In this document: piece by piece, positions 28,769 to 38,195 of the stretch
Layout: every line of letters begins with the position of its first letter
Position numbering within the stretch: the first letter of the stretch is position 1
Assembly: GCA_964442615.1 (NCBI GenBank)
Contig: CAYUAG010000001.1
Location: 464-64,463, forward strand
DNA length: 64,000 nucleotides
Source: an uncultured bacterium
Lineage (GTDB): Bacteria; Zhuqueibacterota; QNDG01; CAYUAG01
Direction: 5' to 3'
Position numbers and translations under genes: made by a program
The notes under the pieces: generated by a model
What the model was told of the DNA's origin: nothing
The model's input: only the letters and a program-made list of their open reading frames with translations
The model's database searches: none

Positions 28769-30349
28769 ATGAAAAACAATAAAATTAAAATAGTATTATT
28801 TGGTGTTTTAGTCCTGCTGTTTTTATCCTCTTCCTGTACCGAAGATTTTAGTACTATAAATACAAACCCAAATGAGCCATCAGATGTTCCTGCTGTTAAC
28901 ATTCTGGTTTACGCTAGCTATTGGGGAATATGGCGGGAACTGGGTGATGGCTGGATGAACCATACTTATCTTGGCGGCTGGTCTCAGTTATTTACTAAGA
29001 TTCAGTATGTTGATGAAGATAGATATTTATTTAGAGGCACTAATATAAATGATGTTTGGAATAGAACATACGAAAGAGAATTAAAGGACCTTCAGATAGT
29101 TATCAAAAAGGCACAGGATAAAGGATTTGCATCACTTGAGGCAGCAGCCAGAATTATGAAAGCATATTTTTTCCAGAGAACCACTGATCTATTTGGTGAT
29201 GTACCCTATTCAGAAGCTCTTGCTGGTGATACTGAAGGTGAATTAACCCCCAAATATGACACTCAACAGTCTATTTATACTGATTTAATCAGTGAACTTA
29301 AGGCAGCTGATAATATACTTGCCACTGCAGATGCAGGCCAATTACCTAATGGTGATGTTATCTATGGTGGAGACATTACAGGCTGGAGAAAGTTTGCAGG
29401 TTCTTTATTAGCGAGAATTTATATGCGTATGTCAGGAGTGGATGCAGCTACAGCCCAGGCTGGTATAGAAGCAGTGTATGCTGCTGGTAATTACATTCAG
29501 AGTAACGCTGACAATGCTACCTTGGCTGTGGATGGAACAAAGCCCTATAGAAATGGACTTATGGAGTGTCTGTCAACCCGTACGGATCAGGGATCAAGCA
29601 GAACCATGATTGATTTGCTGATAGAGAGAAATGACCCCAGACTTCCCATCTATGCTCAGGATATTGATGATAATTATGGTACAGGTGATTATGATGGTCC
29701 GGATGATGTTTTTGTAGGATGGATAAATGGAAGTACAACAAATCCCAATTTTGGTGAAGTATCCCTTCTGGGAGTTCCTATTGCTTATGATGCTTACAGA
29801 GCATATCAAATTTTGACCTATGCAGAAACATGTTTTCTATTTGCTGAAGCTGCTTTAAACGGATGGAATGTTGGAGATGATGCTCAGACCTGGTATGAAG
29901 CAGGTATAACAGCATCCTTAGAGCAGTGGTCTGCTTTGGCTCTGGCTTCACCAATGGCAGGTTTTGCAGCAGACGCTGCTACCATTACTCAAGCAGAAAT
30001 TGATGCCTACTTAGATGAAGATATGGTTAAATGGGATGCAAGTAAAGGTAAGGAACTGGTATTAACCCAAAGATGGCTTGCTTTAATGCCTAATGGTCCA
30101 CAGGCTTTCTCTCTGGTTAGAAGAACCGGTTATCCTGCGGTCATTGAATCCTATGAATTGCCAGGTACTCCCTATCCTGGATTAGGTGTACCTCTTCGCT
30201 TCCCATATCCTACTGATGAAGAAGCAAGAAATGGTGATAATTTAGCAACAGCCAGTGCAGGTATACATGATGATATGTTTGGTAAACCAGTATGGTGGGA
30301 TGTTAGAACCACAAAAGCAGATGGTAGTGCTCGACCAGGAATTAATTAA
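28769..30349 (+). CDS. SusD/RagB-family nutrient-binding outer-membrane lipoprotein
   Basis: Lipobox LSSSC. Its size and its position immediately downstream of SusC fit. It has helical TPR-like content typical of SusD-like proteins. Confidence 0.75.
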   Translation: MKNNKIKIVLFGVLVLLFLSSSCTEDFSTINTNPNEPSDVPAVNILVYASYWGIWRELGDGWMNHTYLGGWSQLFTKIQYVDEDRYLFRGTNINDVWNRTYERELKDLQIVIKKAQDKGFASLEAAARIMKAYFFQRTTDLFGDVPYSEALAGDTEGELTPKYDTQQSIYTDLISELKAADNILATADAGQLPNGDVIYGGDITGWRKFAGSLLARIYMRMSGVDAATAQAGIEAVYAAGNYIQSNADNATLAVDGTKPYRNGLMECLSTRTDQGSSRTMIDLLIERNDPRLPIYAQDIDDNYGTGDYDGPDDVFVGWINGSTTNPNFGEVSLLGVPIAYDAYRAYQILTYAETCFLFAEAALNGWNVGDDAQTWYEAGITASLEQWSALALASPMAGFAADAATITQAEIDAYLDEDMVKWDASKGKELVLTQRWLALMPNGPQAFSLVRRTGYPAVIESYELPGTPYPGLGVPLRFPYPTDEEARNGDNLATASAGIHDDMFGKPVWWDVRTTKADGSARPGIN

Positions 30350-30388
30350 TTCAGTCTTAATTTTTTCTAAATAAGACGCAGTTTTAAA

Positions 30389-30431
30389 ATCAGCAGAAGT
30401 TTTTGTGTTATGACTTCTGCTGATTTTTTTA
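30389..30431 (+). terminator. Rho-independent terminator after SusD
   Basis: Stem atcagcagaagt / acttctgctgat (12 bp, perfect) with a 12-nt loop, followed by T7. Confidence 0.85.
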
Positions 30432-30911
30432 TTTTTTCATTTAAGTCCATTTTGAAATTTAACCTGTCTTCACCAAAAATAAAAAATAAATTAATATTTT
30501 AATAAATTATACCATTTTAATTTAAATTTTATAACTACAGATTTTTTTATTTTTCCATGACTGTTTTTTAAATTATTTTCAGGTCTTGTTTGATAGCTGA
30601 CTAAATAAATAAGTGACAGTTTCTTTTGGTTTTATCTAGTTATAGAAAGATAGGTATGGTCTCAGGCACAGATTTCATAATCCTAACAGTCTGCTTAACC
30701 TGACAGAGCTTTTTGTACTAGAGGATGAGTTTTTTTTATGGATAATGTCTATTTAAGAAAAAAATCCTTAAGGCCAAGAGGAGCCCTACTATCTGAGCCT
30801 CTGTAACTATGCAATAATATTTTTAAATGAGACTCATTGATTATAAATTTTGAGTTGATTGAAAGGTTTTAAAAAAAGTATATTAAAATTACACTTGTCA
30901 GAATATTAAAA

Positions 30912-31079
30912 AACCTGCAACCCAACTTTTACTATGCAAGAACTCGTCCAGAAAGGGTGGGTACCCTCCTATACGCTTTTTGTGTCTCTATAACCTTTAG
31001 AGCTTGCAATCCACGCTAGAGCCGAGTTCCCTATTTATAAGTGTTAGCTCTTCATAGTTTCCAGTTGAGGCTGCAGGTT
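30912..31079 (+). ncRNA. Candidate structured small RNA (long closed helix with internal loops; 6S-like shape; identity unknown)
   Basis: The 5' end aacctgcaacccaact pairs with the 3' end agttgaggctgcaggtt (15 bp, one mismatch, one bulge). The helix continues with actatg/catagt and aaga.c/g.tctt. Internal hairpins include agggt-gggt-accct and ctcta-N7-tagag. A possible promoter TTGATT-N18-TATATT lies at 30855..30884. The strand is tentative. Confidence 0.3.
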
Positions 31080-31264
31080 ATTTATAAGATTTCTTATTTT
31101 AATTTGGTAATTTATTTTTTAAAAGTCAAGAGAAGATTTTTTTTGTTAAAAAATAGTTGATTTTTATTGAGAAATTAAGTAATCTTATAAAACAAGTAAA
31201 TTTTTAAAAATATAAGTTTTTTTGAATTTGATTTACAAAAACAATCTGTAAAGAGGTAAAAGTA

Positions 31265-32578
31265 ATGTTTACAATTTTTAAAAAAATATTTTTAAATCTA
31301 AATTTAAATAATATTTTTAGTAAAACTGTTTTATTATTGATAATGATGAATAGTGCTCTATTTGCTTCTCAAGTCGAAGTGATAACAATTGATGGGCCTA
31401 TCACACCAGTAATTTTAAAATATATTAGAGATAGTATTAATCATGCAGAAAATAATAATGCAGAATGTTTAATTATTAAAATGGATACTCCAGGTGGATT
31501 AATGGAATCAACATTTTCAATTGACAAAAAAATACTTAATGCAGAAATTCCTGTTGTTGTTTACATTGCTCCAAGTGGGGGTCGGGCTGCCTCTGCTGGA
31601 GTTTATATTACATATTCTTCTCATATTGCTGCCATGGCCCCAAGTACGAATATAGGTTCTGCTCATCCAGTAACAATGCAGGGAAGAGGTGACTCTTCCC
31701 AAGTTATGATGGAGAAGATTACAAATGATGCTGTTGCCCACATCAAAGGACTGGCAGAAAAACAAGGTAGAAATATAGAGTGGGCTATTGAGGCAGTAGA
31801 AAAGAGTGTATCAATTACTGCCAGTGAGGCTTTGGAAAAGGGTGTTGTTGAAATCATTGCTGATGATTTAGATGATTTAATAAATCAGCTTGAGGGTAGA
31901 AGGATTACTGTAAATAAAAGAGAGGTAGTTTTATCTGTAAAAAATTCTAAAATTGAGAATATTCCAATGAGCTGGCAATATAAGATATTGGATAAAATCG
32001 CGAATCCAAATATTGCCTATCTTTTAATGCTGGCAGGAATTATGGGAATTTTCTTTGAGCTGCAGAATCCGGGAGCTTTATTCCCAGGAATTTTGGGAGG
32101 AATATCATTAATTCTCGCCTTTTTTGCTATGCAGGTACTGCCTATTAATGCAGCAGGTATTCTTTTAATCATATTAGCAATTGTATTTTTTATACTTGAA
32201 ATAAATATCCCAAGTTTTGGTTTATTAACAATTGGAGGAGTAGTATCAATGATTTTAGGATCTTTAATGCTTTTCAAATCACCAGATATTAATGTTTCTC
32301 TTTGGATTATCATACCCAGTGTTTTGTTTATGGCTTTGTTTTTTCTTTTTGCTGTAAGTATGGGACTTTATGCCCAAAAGCGTAAAGCAGTAACAGGACA
32401 GCAAGGAATTATTGGAGAAAAAGGAGTTGTAGTGAAAATGCTAAATCCTGTAGGACAGGTAGAAGTCCATGGTGAAATTTGGAAAGCTGAAAGTAAGGAA
32501 AATTTAAAAAGAGGTGTTAAAGTAGAAGTTACTGGTGTAGATGGTTTGAAAATTGAAGTACGTCAGTTAAAAAAATAA
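31265..32578 (+). CDS. NfeD-family membrane-bound ClpP-class serine protease
   Basis: N-terminal ClpP-like domain (IIKMDTPGGL...SGGRAASAGVYI...APSTNIGSAHPV), a multi-TM middle region and a C-terminal OB-fold NfeD domain (VEVHGEIWKAES...VKVEVTGVDGLKIEV). Confidence 0.85.
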   Translation: MFTIFKKIFLNLNLNNIFSKTVLLLIMMNSALFASQVEVITIDGPITPVILKYIRDSINHAENNNAECLIIKMDTPGGLMESTFSIDKKILNAEIPVVVYIAPSGGRAASAGVYITYSSHIAAMAPSTNIGSAHPVTMQGRGDSSQVMMEKITNDAVAHIKGLAEKQGRNIEWAIEAVEKSVSITASEALEKGVVEIIADDLDDLINQLEGRRITVNKREVVLSVKNSKIENIPMSWQYKILDKIANPNIAYLLMLAGIMGIFFELQNPGALFPGILGGISLILAFFAMQVLPINAAGILLIILAIVFFILEINIPSFGLLTIGGVVSMILGSLMLFKSPDINVSLWIIIPSVLFMALFFLFAVSMGLYAQKRKAVTGQQGIIGEKGVVVKMLNPVGQVEVHGEIWKAESKENLKRGVKVEVTGVDGLKIEVRQLKK

Positions 32579-32595
32579 ATTAAAAGGAGGTTACT

Positions 32596-33348
32596 ATGTC
32601 TGGAGGAGCTGTATTATTAATTATACTTGTATTTTTTGTTTTAGCAAGTGCAATAAGGATTTTAAAAGAGTATGAACGCGGAGTTATATTTAGATTGGGT
32701 CGTATGATTGGAGCAAGAGGACCTGGTTTAATATTAATTATTCCTGTTATTGATCGAGTAGTAAAAGTAAGTTTGAGAACAATTGTCATGGATGTCCCAC
32801 CCCAGGATGTTATAACTAAGGATAATGTATCTGTTAAAGTAAATGCAGTTATATATTTTCGAGTCATGGATGCTGGAAAAGCAATTGTTGAAGTACAGGA
32901 TTATCTTTATGCTACATCTCAACTTGCCCAGACTACCTTACGATCAGTTCTTGGTCAATTTGAACTTGATGGTCTTCTTTCCGAAAGGGAGAAAATTAAT
33001 GCTGAGTTGCAGCAAATATTGGATAAGCATACTGATCCCTGGGGAATAAAAGTATCACTTGTAGAGGTAAAGCATATTGATCTACCGGAAGCGATGAAGC
33101 GAGCAATAGCGCGTCAGGCAGAAGCTGAGAGAGAGAGAAGAGCAAAGGTTATACATGCAAAAGGTGAATTGCAGGCTGCTGATCATCTTTCACAAGCAGC
33201 GGAAAAATTGCAGAAGCAGCCGGCTTCTATACAATTGCGATTTTTACAGACATTAGTAGAGATTGCAGCAGAAAATAATTCTACCACTATCTTCCCAGTT
33301 CCAATAGATTTATTGCAAAATTATATTGAGGGGAAAATCAAAGCATAG
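32596..33348 (+). CDS. SPFH/Band-7 (stomatin-like) protein
   Basis: [15 protein letters not shown]...[23 protein letters not shown]...[10 protein letters not shown]...[18 protein letters not shown]. This is the classic partner of the upstream NfeD. Confidence 0.9.
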   Translation: MSGGAVLLIILVFFVLASAIRILKEYERGVIFRLGRMIGARGPGLILIIPVIDRVVKVSLRTIVMDVPPQDVITKDNVSVKVNAVIYFRVMDAGKAIVEVQDYLYATSQLAQTTLRSVLGQFELDGLLSEREKINAELQQILDKHTDPWGIKVSLVEVKHIDLPEAMKRAIARQAEAERERRAKVIHAKGELQAADHLSQAAEKLQKQPASIQLRFLQTLVEIAAENNSTTIFPVPIDLLQNYIEGKIKA

Positions 33349-33393
33349 AAATAGGGGAGTGATTAATATTACATTTTAAAGGAGATTTGTACT

Positions 33394-33771
33394 ATGACCA
33401 TAGTAGGGCGACGGTTGCGTTCCGGAGTTGAATGGGGATTTTTCTATGGTATTATAACTTGGCTTTTAGCTACAGGTATAACTAATGATTACTCAAATCT
33501 GGCAGTATGGTCCATAATTCTTACAAGAACATTAATGGGAGCACTTATAGTACTCATACAAATTAACCTTATTTGGTGGATTAAGGCAGGATTAATTGGA
33601 TTGGTATATAATATAATTATGGGGATTGTAATTGCAGTTCTGGGTTATGGATGGAATCCCTGGTTTTGGCCTCTTGTGATTTCTGGGATTATAATTGCAA
33701 TTCTTATTGAACTTGCATTGCATATTAAATATGATAGATCTTCCCTCAATGAGGATGAACATCAGAAATAA
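33394..33771 (+). CDS. Small integral membrane protein (125 aa), uncharacterised
   Basis: About 4 predicted TM helices, with SD AAAGGAG upstream. Confidence 0.5.
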   Translation: MTIVGRRLRSGVEWGFFYGIITWLLATGITNDYSNLAVWSIILTRTLMGALIVLIQINLIWWIKAGLIGLVYNIIMGIVIAVLGYGWNPWFWPLVISGIIIAILIELALHIKYDRSSLNEDEHQK

Positions 33772-33795
33772 GAATAATTTAGTCAGGAGGTTTTT

Positions 33796-34914
33796 TTGAC
33801 ATTTCAAGTACATCCTATTCAGACAAAAAGGGATTTAGAAAAATTTATCAAATTTCCCTATAATTTATATAAAAATAATTCCTTTTGGGTGGCTCCCCTT
33901 TTATATGAGGAAAAGAAAAAGTATACCAAACGATCAAATCCAATGTTAGAAAATTGTGATTATCAACATTTTCTGCTTTTTAAAGATGGCAATCCTGCTG
34001 GAAGAATAAGTGCCTTTATTAATCAGTTTGCCAATGAAAATTGGGAGGAAAAAAGAGGATTGTTTGGCTCTTATGAATGTATAAATAATAATGAAGGAGC
34101 AAAACTTTTATTCCAGTTTGCTTATGAGTGGTTAAAAGAAAAAGGGGTAAAAGTTATGCAGGGACCATGGGGATTTTCTCAGGAGTGTGGATTATTAATT
34201 GATAATTTCGATTCTTCTCCCATGGTCATGTCTCCTTATAATCCTTCGTATTATCCTGGTCAATTTGAATTTTTTGGTTTTAAAAAAACAAAAGATGTAT
34301 TTGTGTATAAAATTGAAGAGGGTTATTCTTATAAACTCCCTCAGAAATATAGTCAGGTTGCAATAAGGATCGCGGAAAGGTATGGAGTTACGGTTCGATC
34401 AGTTGATATAAAAAATATGAAAGAAGAGACAAGATTGCTGGTCAGGATTGCTAATGAATCAACCAGGGATAATTGGGGATATATGATGGTTTCCGAAAAA
34501 GAGGCTGATCATCTGGCTGAATCACTTAAGTTAATTGTGGATCCGGATATTATCATGCTGGCGGAAGTTAAGGGTAAACCTATAGGATATATGATTGTTT
34601 TGCCTGATATAAATATTCTTTTAAAAAAATTAAAGGGTAAACTCTTTCCCCTGGGATTATTCAAACTTAAATTTGGAATCAGTAATATTCGTGATTATAG
34701 GATTTGGGGATTAGGTATTCTTCCTGAATATCGTCGAAAAGCTGTGGATGTATTGTTTTATAATAAGCTTTATGAAGTTTTGGCTCCCAAAAATCCCCGT
34801 TGTGTGGAAGCAAATTATGTGCTGGAAGATAACATGATCATGAATAATCCTATAAAAAAGCTGGGTTTTACCAAAGCCAAAACCTATCGAGTTTATGAGA
34901 AAGCAATTCAGTAA
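33796..34914 (+). CDS. Putative GNAT-like acyl-CoA N-acyltransferase family protein (uncertain)
   Basis: 372-aa ORF with a TTG start and AGGAGGT upstream. The overall pattern (FPYNLYKNNSFWVAPL..., C-terminal GLGILPEYRRKAVD) resembles an uncharacterised GNAT-fold family. Assignment is from memory only. Confidence 0.4.
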   Translation: MTFQVHPIQTKRDLEKFIKFPYNLYKNNSFWVAPLLYEEKKKYTKRSNPMLENCDYQHFLLFKDGNPAGRISAFINQFANENWEEKRGLFGSYECINNNEGAKLLFQFAYEWLKEKGVKVMQGPWGFSQECGLLIDNFDSSPMVMSPYNPSYYPGQFEFFGFKKTKDVFVYKIEEGYSYKLPQKYSQVAIRIAERYGVTVRSVDIKNMKEETRLLVRIANESTRDNWGYMMVSEKEADHLAESLKLIVDPDIIMLAEVKGKPIGYMIVLPDINILLKKLKGKLFPLGLFKLKFGISNIRDYRIWGLGILPEYRRKAVDVLFYNKLYEVLAPKNPRCVEANYVLEDNMIMNNPIKKLGFTKAKTYRVYEKAIQ

Positions 34915-35066
34915 ATGAAATCACAGGTATAGGTCAGAATACCTGAAATGATTTTCAAACAAGGATTAACGATTTTAGATTTATTAATCTAAAAAATTAA
35001 TCATATATCGCTAATATTTGATCCTTATTCTTAAAGCTTATATTTTTATGTTTACCGGAAAAATAG

Positions 35067-38000
35067 ATGCTTACAGTTTATAAATCATCTGCCGGTTCAG
35101 GTAAAACCTTTACCCTGGTTAAGGAATACTTAGGTATTTGTCTTTCCACTCCCTCTGATTTCTCAAAGATTTTGGCAATTACATTTACCAATAAAGCTTC
35201 TGCAGAAATGAAAGAAAGGATTATTGCCAGCATTCATCAGTTTTTAAATGAAGGAAACAATGAAATAATTGATGAATTGATTGAAGCAAGAGGTCTGAAT
35301 AAATCTGTAGTTCAGCAGAAGTGCGAAAATCTTCGTGGTTTACTTCTGCATTCTTATTCAAAATTCAGTGTAATGACAATAGACAGTTTTATTAGTCGAG
35401 TGGTAAAAACATTTGCCTATGATCTGGATATGCCACTTAAGTTTGAAGTTGAACTAGATACTGATTATATGTTTAATGAGATTATTGAGAATTTATTAGC
35501 TACTGCTGATAAGGACAATTTTGTTGGTGATATACTCACCCAATTTTCACTTTCTAAAATATATAGTTCTGGTTCCTGGCATCTAGATAATGAATTAAAG
35601 AAGATTGGTAAAGTAACTTTTAATGAAAAATATATTGAACCGGTGCTTGAAATATCAAGTGATCAATATGATGATGATTTCTGGAAAGAACTGATTAATG
35701 AGCTTGAAAAAGAGGTCAGCAGATTCAGGAAAAGAGTAAACTCGCTGGCTGCAAGAGCGTTGGAAATAATAGAAAAAAATGGTCTGACTATTGATGATTT
35801 TTCTCATAAAAAAAGTGGTCCTGCAGGAGCATTAGAAAACTATAAATATGCTTCTACACTGGATGATTTTGAGATAAAAAAAAGATTAGAAAGAGGTGAA
35901 TGGGTAACAAAAAAATATGAGCAGCAAAATCCAGAAAAATTCATTAAGATACAAAAAGTCCTTGAGCAGGGAGTAAGGGACTATTCTCATGAGTTAATTA
36001 AATACATTAAAAATAACCAAGTTGAATTTACTTCCAATTATCTTGTCCTTAAAAATATATATTCTGAAGCTTTAATAAAAAAATTTCTTGATTTAACCAA
36101 AGCATTTAAAAAAGATACCAATAAAATTCCTTTACTGGATTTCAGCTTAAAGGTGGCGGAAATCATAAAAAAAGAATCAGTGCCATTTCTATACTGGAGA
36201 CTGGGTGATACCTTTCGTCATATCATGATAGATGAGTTCCAGGATACTTCTTTTCTTCAATGGATAAATCTTTTACCTCTTTTTGAAGAATCTTTATCTA
36301 CAGGTAATTTTAATATGGTGGTTGGCGATGGAAAACAGGCTATTTATAGATGGAGAGCCGGTGATGTAAGGATAATGGAAAAGGAGATCAAAGAGGAATT
36401 TAAGAGTAATATACAAACAAAGATTTTACAGAATAATTTTCGGAGTGCAAAAGAAATTGTTTGTTTCAATAATGAATTATTTTCAAATATCAAAGAAAAA
36501 TTGGATATAGATGATGATGAATTATTGGATAGAATTTATTCTGAAAAGTTTATCCAGCAGAATCCTGTTACATTGCGAGAAGGGTATATTAAAATTGTTG
36601 GATTATCTTTAAAAAAACATAAAAAAGAAAAGAGGAATGAAATAAAACTTCAGCAGCTTTCAGAAGAGATCCAGGGTATTCTAAATGAACATACGGGGTA
36701 TGACTATGGCGATATAGCAGTACTAGTGAGAAAGAATAAAGAATGTGATGCAGTTGCTCAGTATTTATCAGAACAGGAAATACCGGTAATGTCACCGGAT
36801 TCTTTTTTATTAAAAACCTCTTCTGCAGTAAGATTTCTAATTAGTGCATTAGAATATATTTCCCGAGATGATCATATTGCTCTTTTAAATATGTGGCTTT
36901 TTAGAGGCAACGATCCCGGAGAGTTTAAATGTAATAATAGTAATTATATTGATAGTAACTATATTGAACAAGAGTTATCCCCAGAATTCAGAGAAAAAAA
37001 ATTAGTACTATATCACCTTCCAGTTTATGAAACAGTAGAAGAAATTATCCGAATTTTTAATTTAAATAAGGATAATCCAGGGTATCTTCAGGGTTTTTTG
37101 GAAGTGGTCTTTGATTATTCCGGAAAATTTGATAGCGATATACACGGTTTTCTTGAATGGTGGGATGAATACAATGATTCGGAAAAGACTACTTTACCAA
37201 TGACAGAACCTAAAAATGCTGTTAGAATATCCACAATTCATAAAGCCAAAGGACTTGAATTTCCCATTGTTTTTCTCCCCTTTGATTGGAAAATGTTTGA
37301 GACTTCTTCTGGTTACAAGCAACATATGCTCTGGGTAAAGAGTGATAAAATCGGAAAGGAAATGCAGGATTTTCCCTTCCTGGTTGATGTACAAAAAGAT
37401 ATGGAGGACTCTATTTTTAAGGAGGACTATGAAGAAGAAAAAAAAATGAGCATACTGGACAGTATCAATTTGCTGTATGTAGCTTTGACCAGAGCTCGAG
37501 ACAGACTGTATATTCTTTTTGAAACCGGCAATACTTCCAATAGTAACACCAGTGCAGGTTTAATAGAACAAAGTGTAAAAGAAATGGATCTGAATAGAAT
37601 ATCACAAATCTGGACTAAAGGGAAACCTGAAGAAAAGGAGAAACCGGAAAAGAAATGTAAACCTGATTTATTAGAAAATATATCTACCCATTCCTGGAGG
37701 CATAAAATCGCAGTCAGGAAACGTTCACATGATCTATGGACATTGAAGGGTAAGGAGCAAAATAAAAAAGTTGAATGGGGAATTTTGATGCATTCTATTC
37801 TTTCGGAAATCAGAACTGTTAATGATATTGATCAAGCTGTTGAAGATAAATACAGAGAAGGTCATCTTTCTTTGCCGGAGAAGAAAAAGATAAGAAGGAA
37901 TATACGGGGATTAATGAAACTTGAATATACTCAAGGTACAGTTGAGGATTGGTTTCAGCCGCAGCTGAAAATAATGAATGAACAGTCAATAATCACCCAA

Positions 38001-38195
38001 GAACAGGAATATCGACCTGATAGGGTGATAATTGACAAAAACAGAATTATTATCGTTGATTATAAAACAGGAGTTAAAGAGTCTGAGCATGCTGTGCAGT
38101 TGGCCAGATACAGCACTCTTTTAGAAAAAATGGGATATAAAAATATTGAAAAATATATTCTCTATCTTAATGCCGGTTTAGTTGAGGAGGTTTAG
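35067..38195 (+). CDS. UvrD/Rep-type helicase with C-terminal PD-(D/E)XK nuclease (AddA/RecB-like)
   Basis: Walker A SAGSGKTF, motif IMIDEFQDTS, VGDGKQAIYRWRAGD, TIHKAKGLEF, and a C-terminal nuclease motif RPDRVII...IIIVDYKTG. Confidence 0.85.
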   Translation: MLTVYKSSAGSGKTFTLVKEYLGICLSTPSDFSKILAITFTNKASAEMKERIIASIHQFLNEGNNEIIDELIEARGLNKSVVQQKCENLRGLLLHSYSKFSVMTIDSFISRVVKTFAYDLDMPLKFEVELDTDYMFNEIIENLLATADKDNFVGDILTQFSLSKIYSSGSWHLDNELKKIGKVTFNEKYIEPVLEISSDQYDDDFWKELINELEKEVSRFRKRVNSLAARALEIIEKNGLTIDDFSHKKSGPAGALENYKYASTLDDFEIKKRLERGEWVTKKYEQQNPEKFIKIQKVLEQGVRDYSHELIKYIKNNQVEFTSNYLVLKNIYSEALIKKFLDLTKAFKKDTNKIPLLDFSLKVAEIIKKESVPFLYWRLGDTFRHIMIDEFQDTSFLQWINLLPLFEESLSTGNFNMVVGDGKQAIYRWRAGDVRIMEKEIKEEFKSNIQTKILQNNFRSAKEIVCFNNELFSNIKEKLDIDDDELLDRIYSEKFIQQNPVTLREGYIKIVGLSLKKHKKEKRNEIKLQQLSEEIQGILNEHTGYDYGDIAVLVRKNKECDAVAQYLSEQEIPVMSPDSFLLKTSSAVRFLISALEYISRDDHIALLNMWLFRGNDPGEFKCNNSNYIDSNYIEQELSPEFREKKLVLYHLPVYETVEEIIRIFNLNKDNPGYLQGFLEVVFDYSGKFDSDIHGFLEWWDEYNDSEKTTLPMTEPKNAVRISTIHKAKGLEFPIVFLPFDWKMFETSSGYKQHMLWVKSDKIGKEMQDFPFLVDVQKDMEDSIFKEDYEEEKKMSILDSINLLYVALTRARDRLYILFETGNTSNSNTSAGLIEQSVKEMDLNRISQIWTKGKPEEKEKPEKKCKPDLLENISTHSWRHKIAVRKRSHDLWTLKGKEQNKKVEWGILMHSILSEIRTVNDIDQAVEDKYREGHLSLPEKKKIRRNIRGLMKLEYTQGTVEDWFQPQLKIMNEQSIITQEQEYRPDRVIIDKNRIIIVDYKTGVKESEHAVQLARYSTLLEKMGYKNIEKYILYLNAGLVEEV

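Noticed and set aside
30432-31264. Known riboswitch, tmRNA, RNase P RNA, SRP RNA or tRNA in the long gap
   Set aside because: I could not find their hallmark strings by eye (T-loop GTTCRANYC, tmRNA tag ORF and CCA-acceptor mimic, SRP GGAAGCAGCC core, TPP CTGAGA...ACCTGA, cobalamin GCCACTG). Only a generic long-helix candidate is reported, at low confidence.
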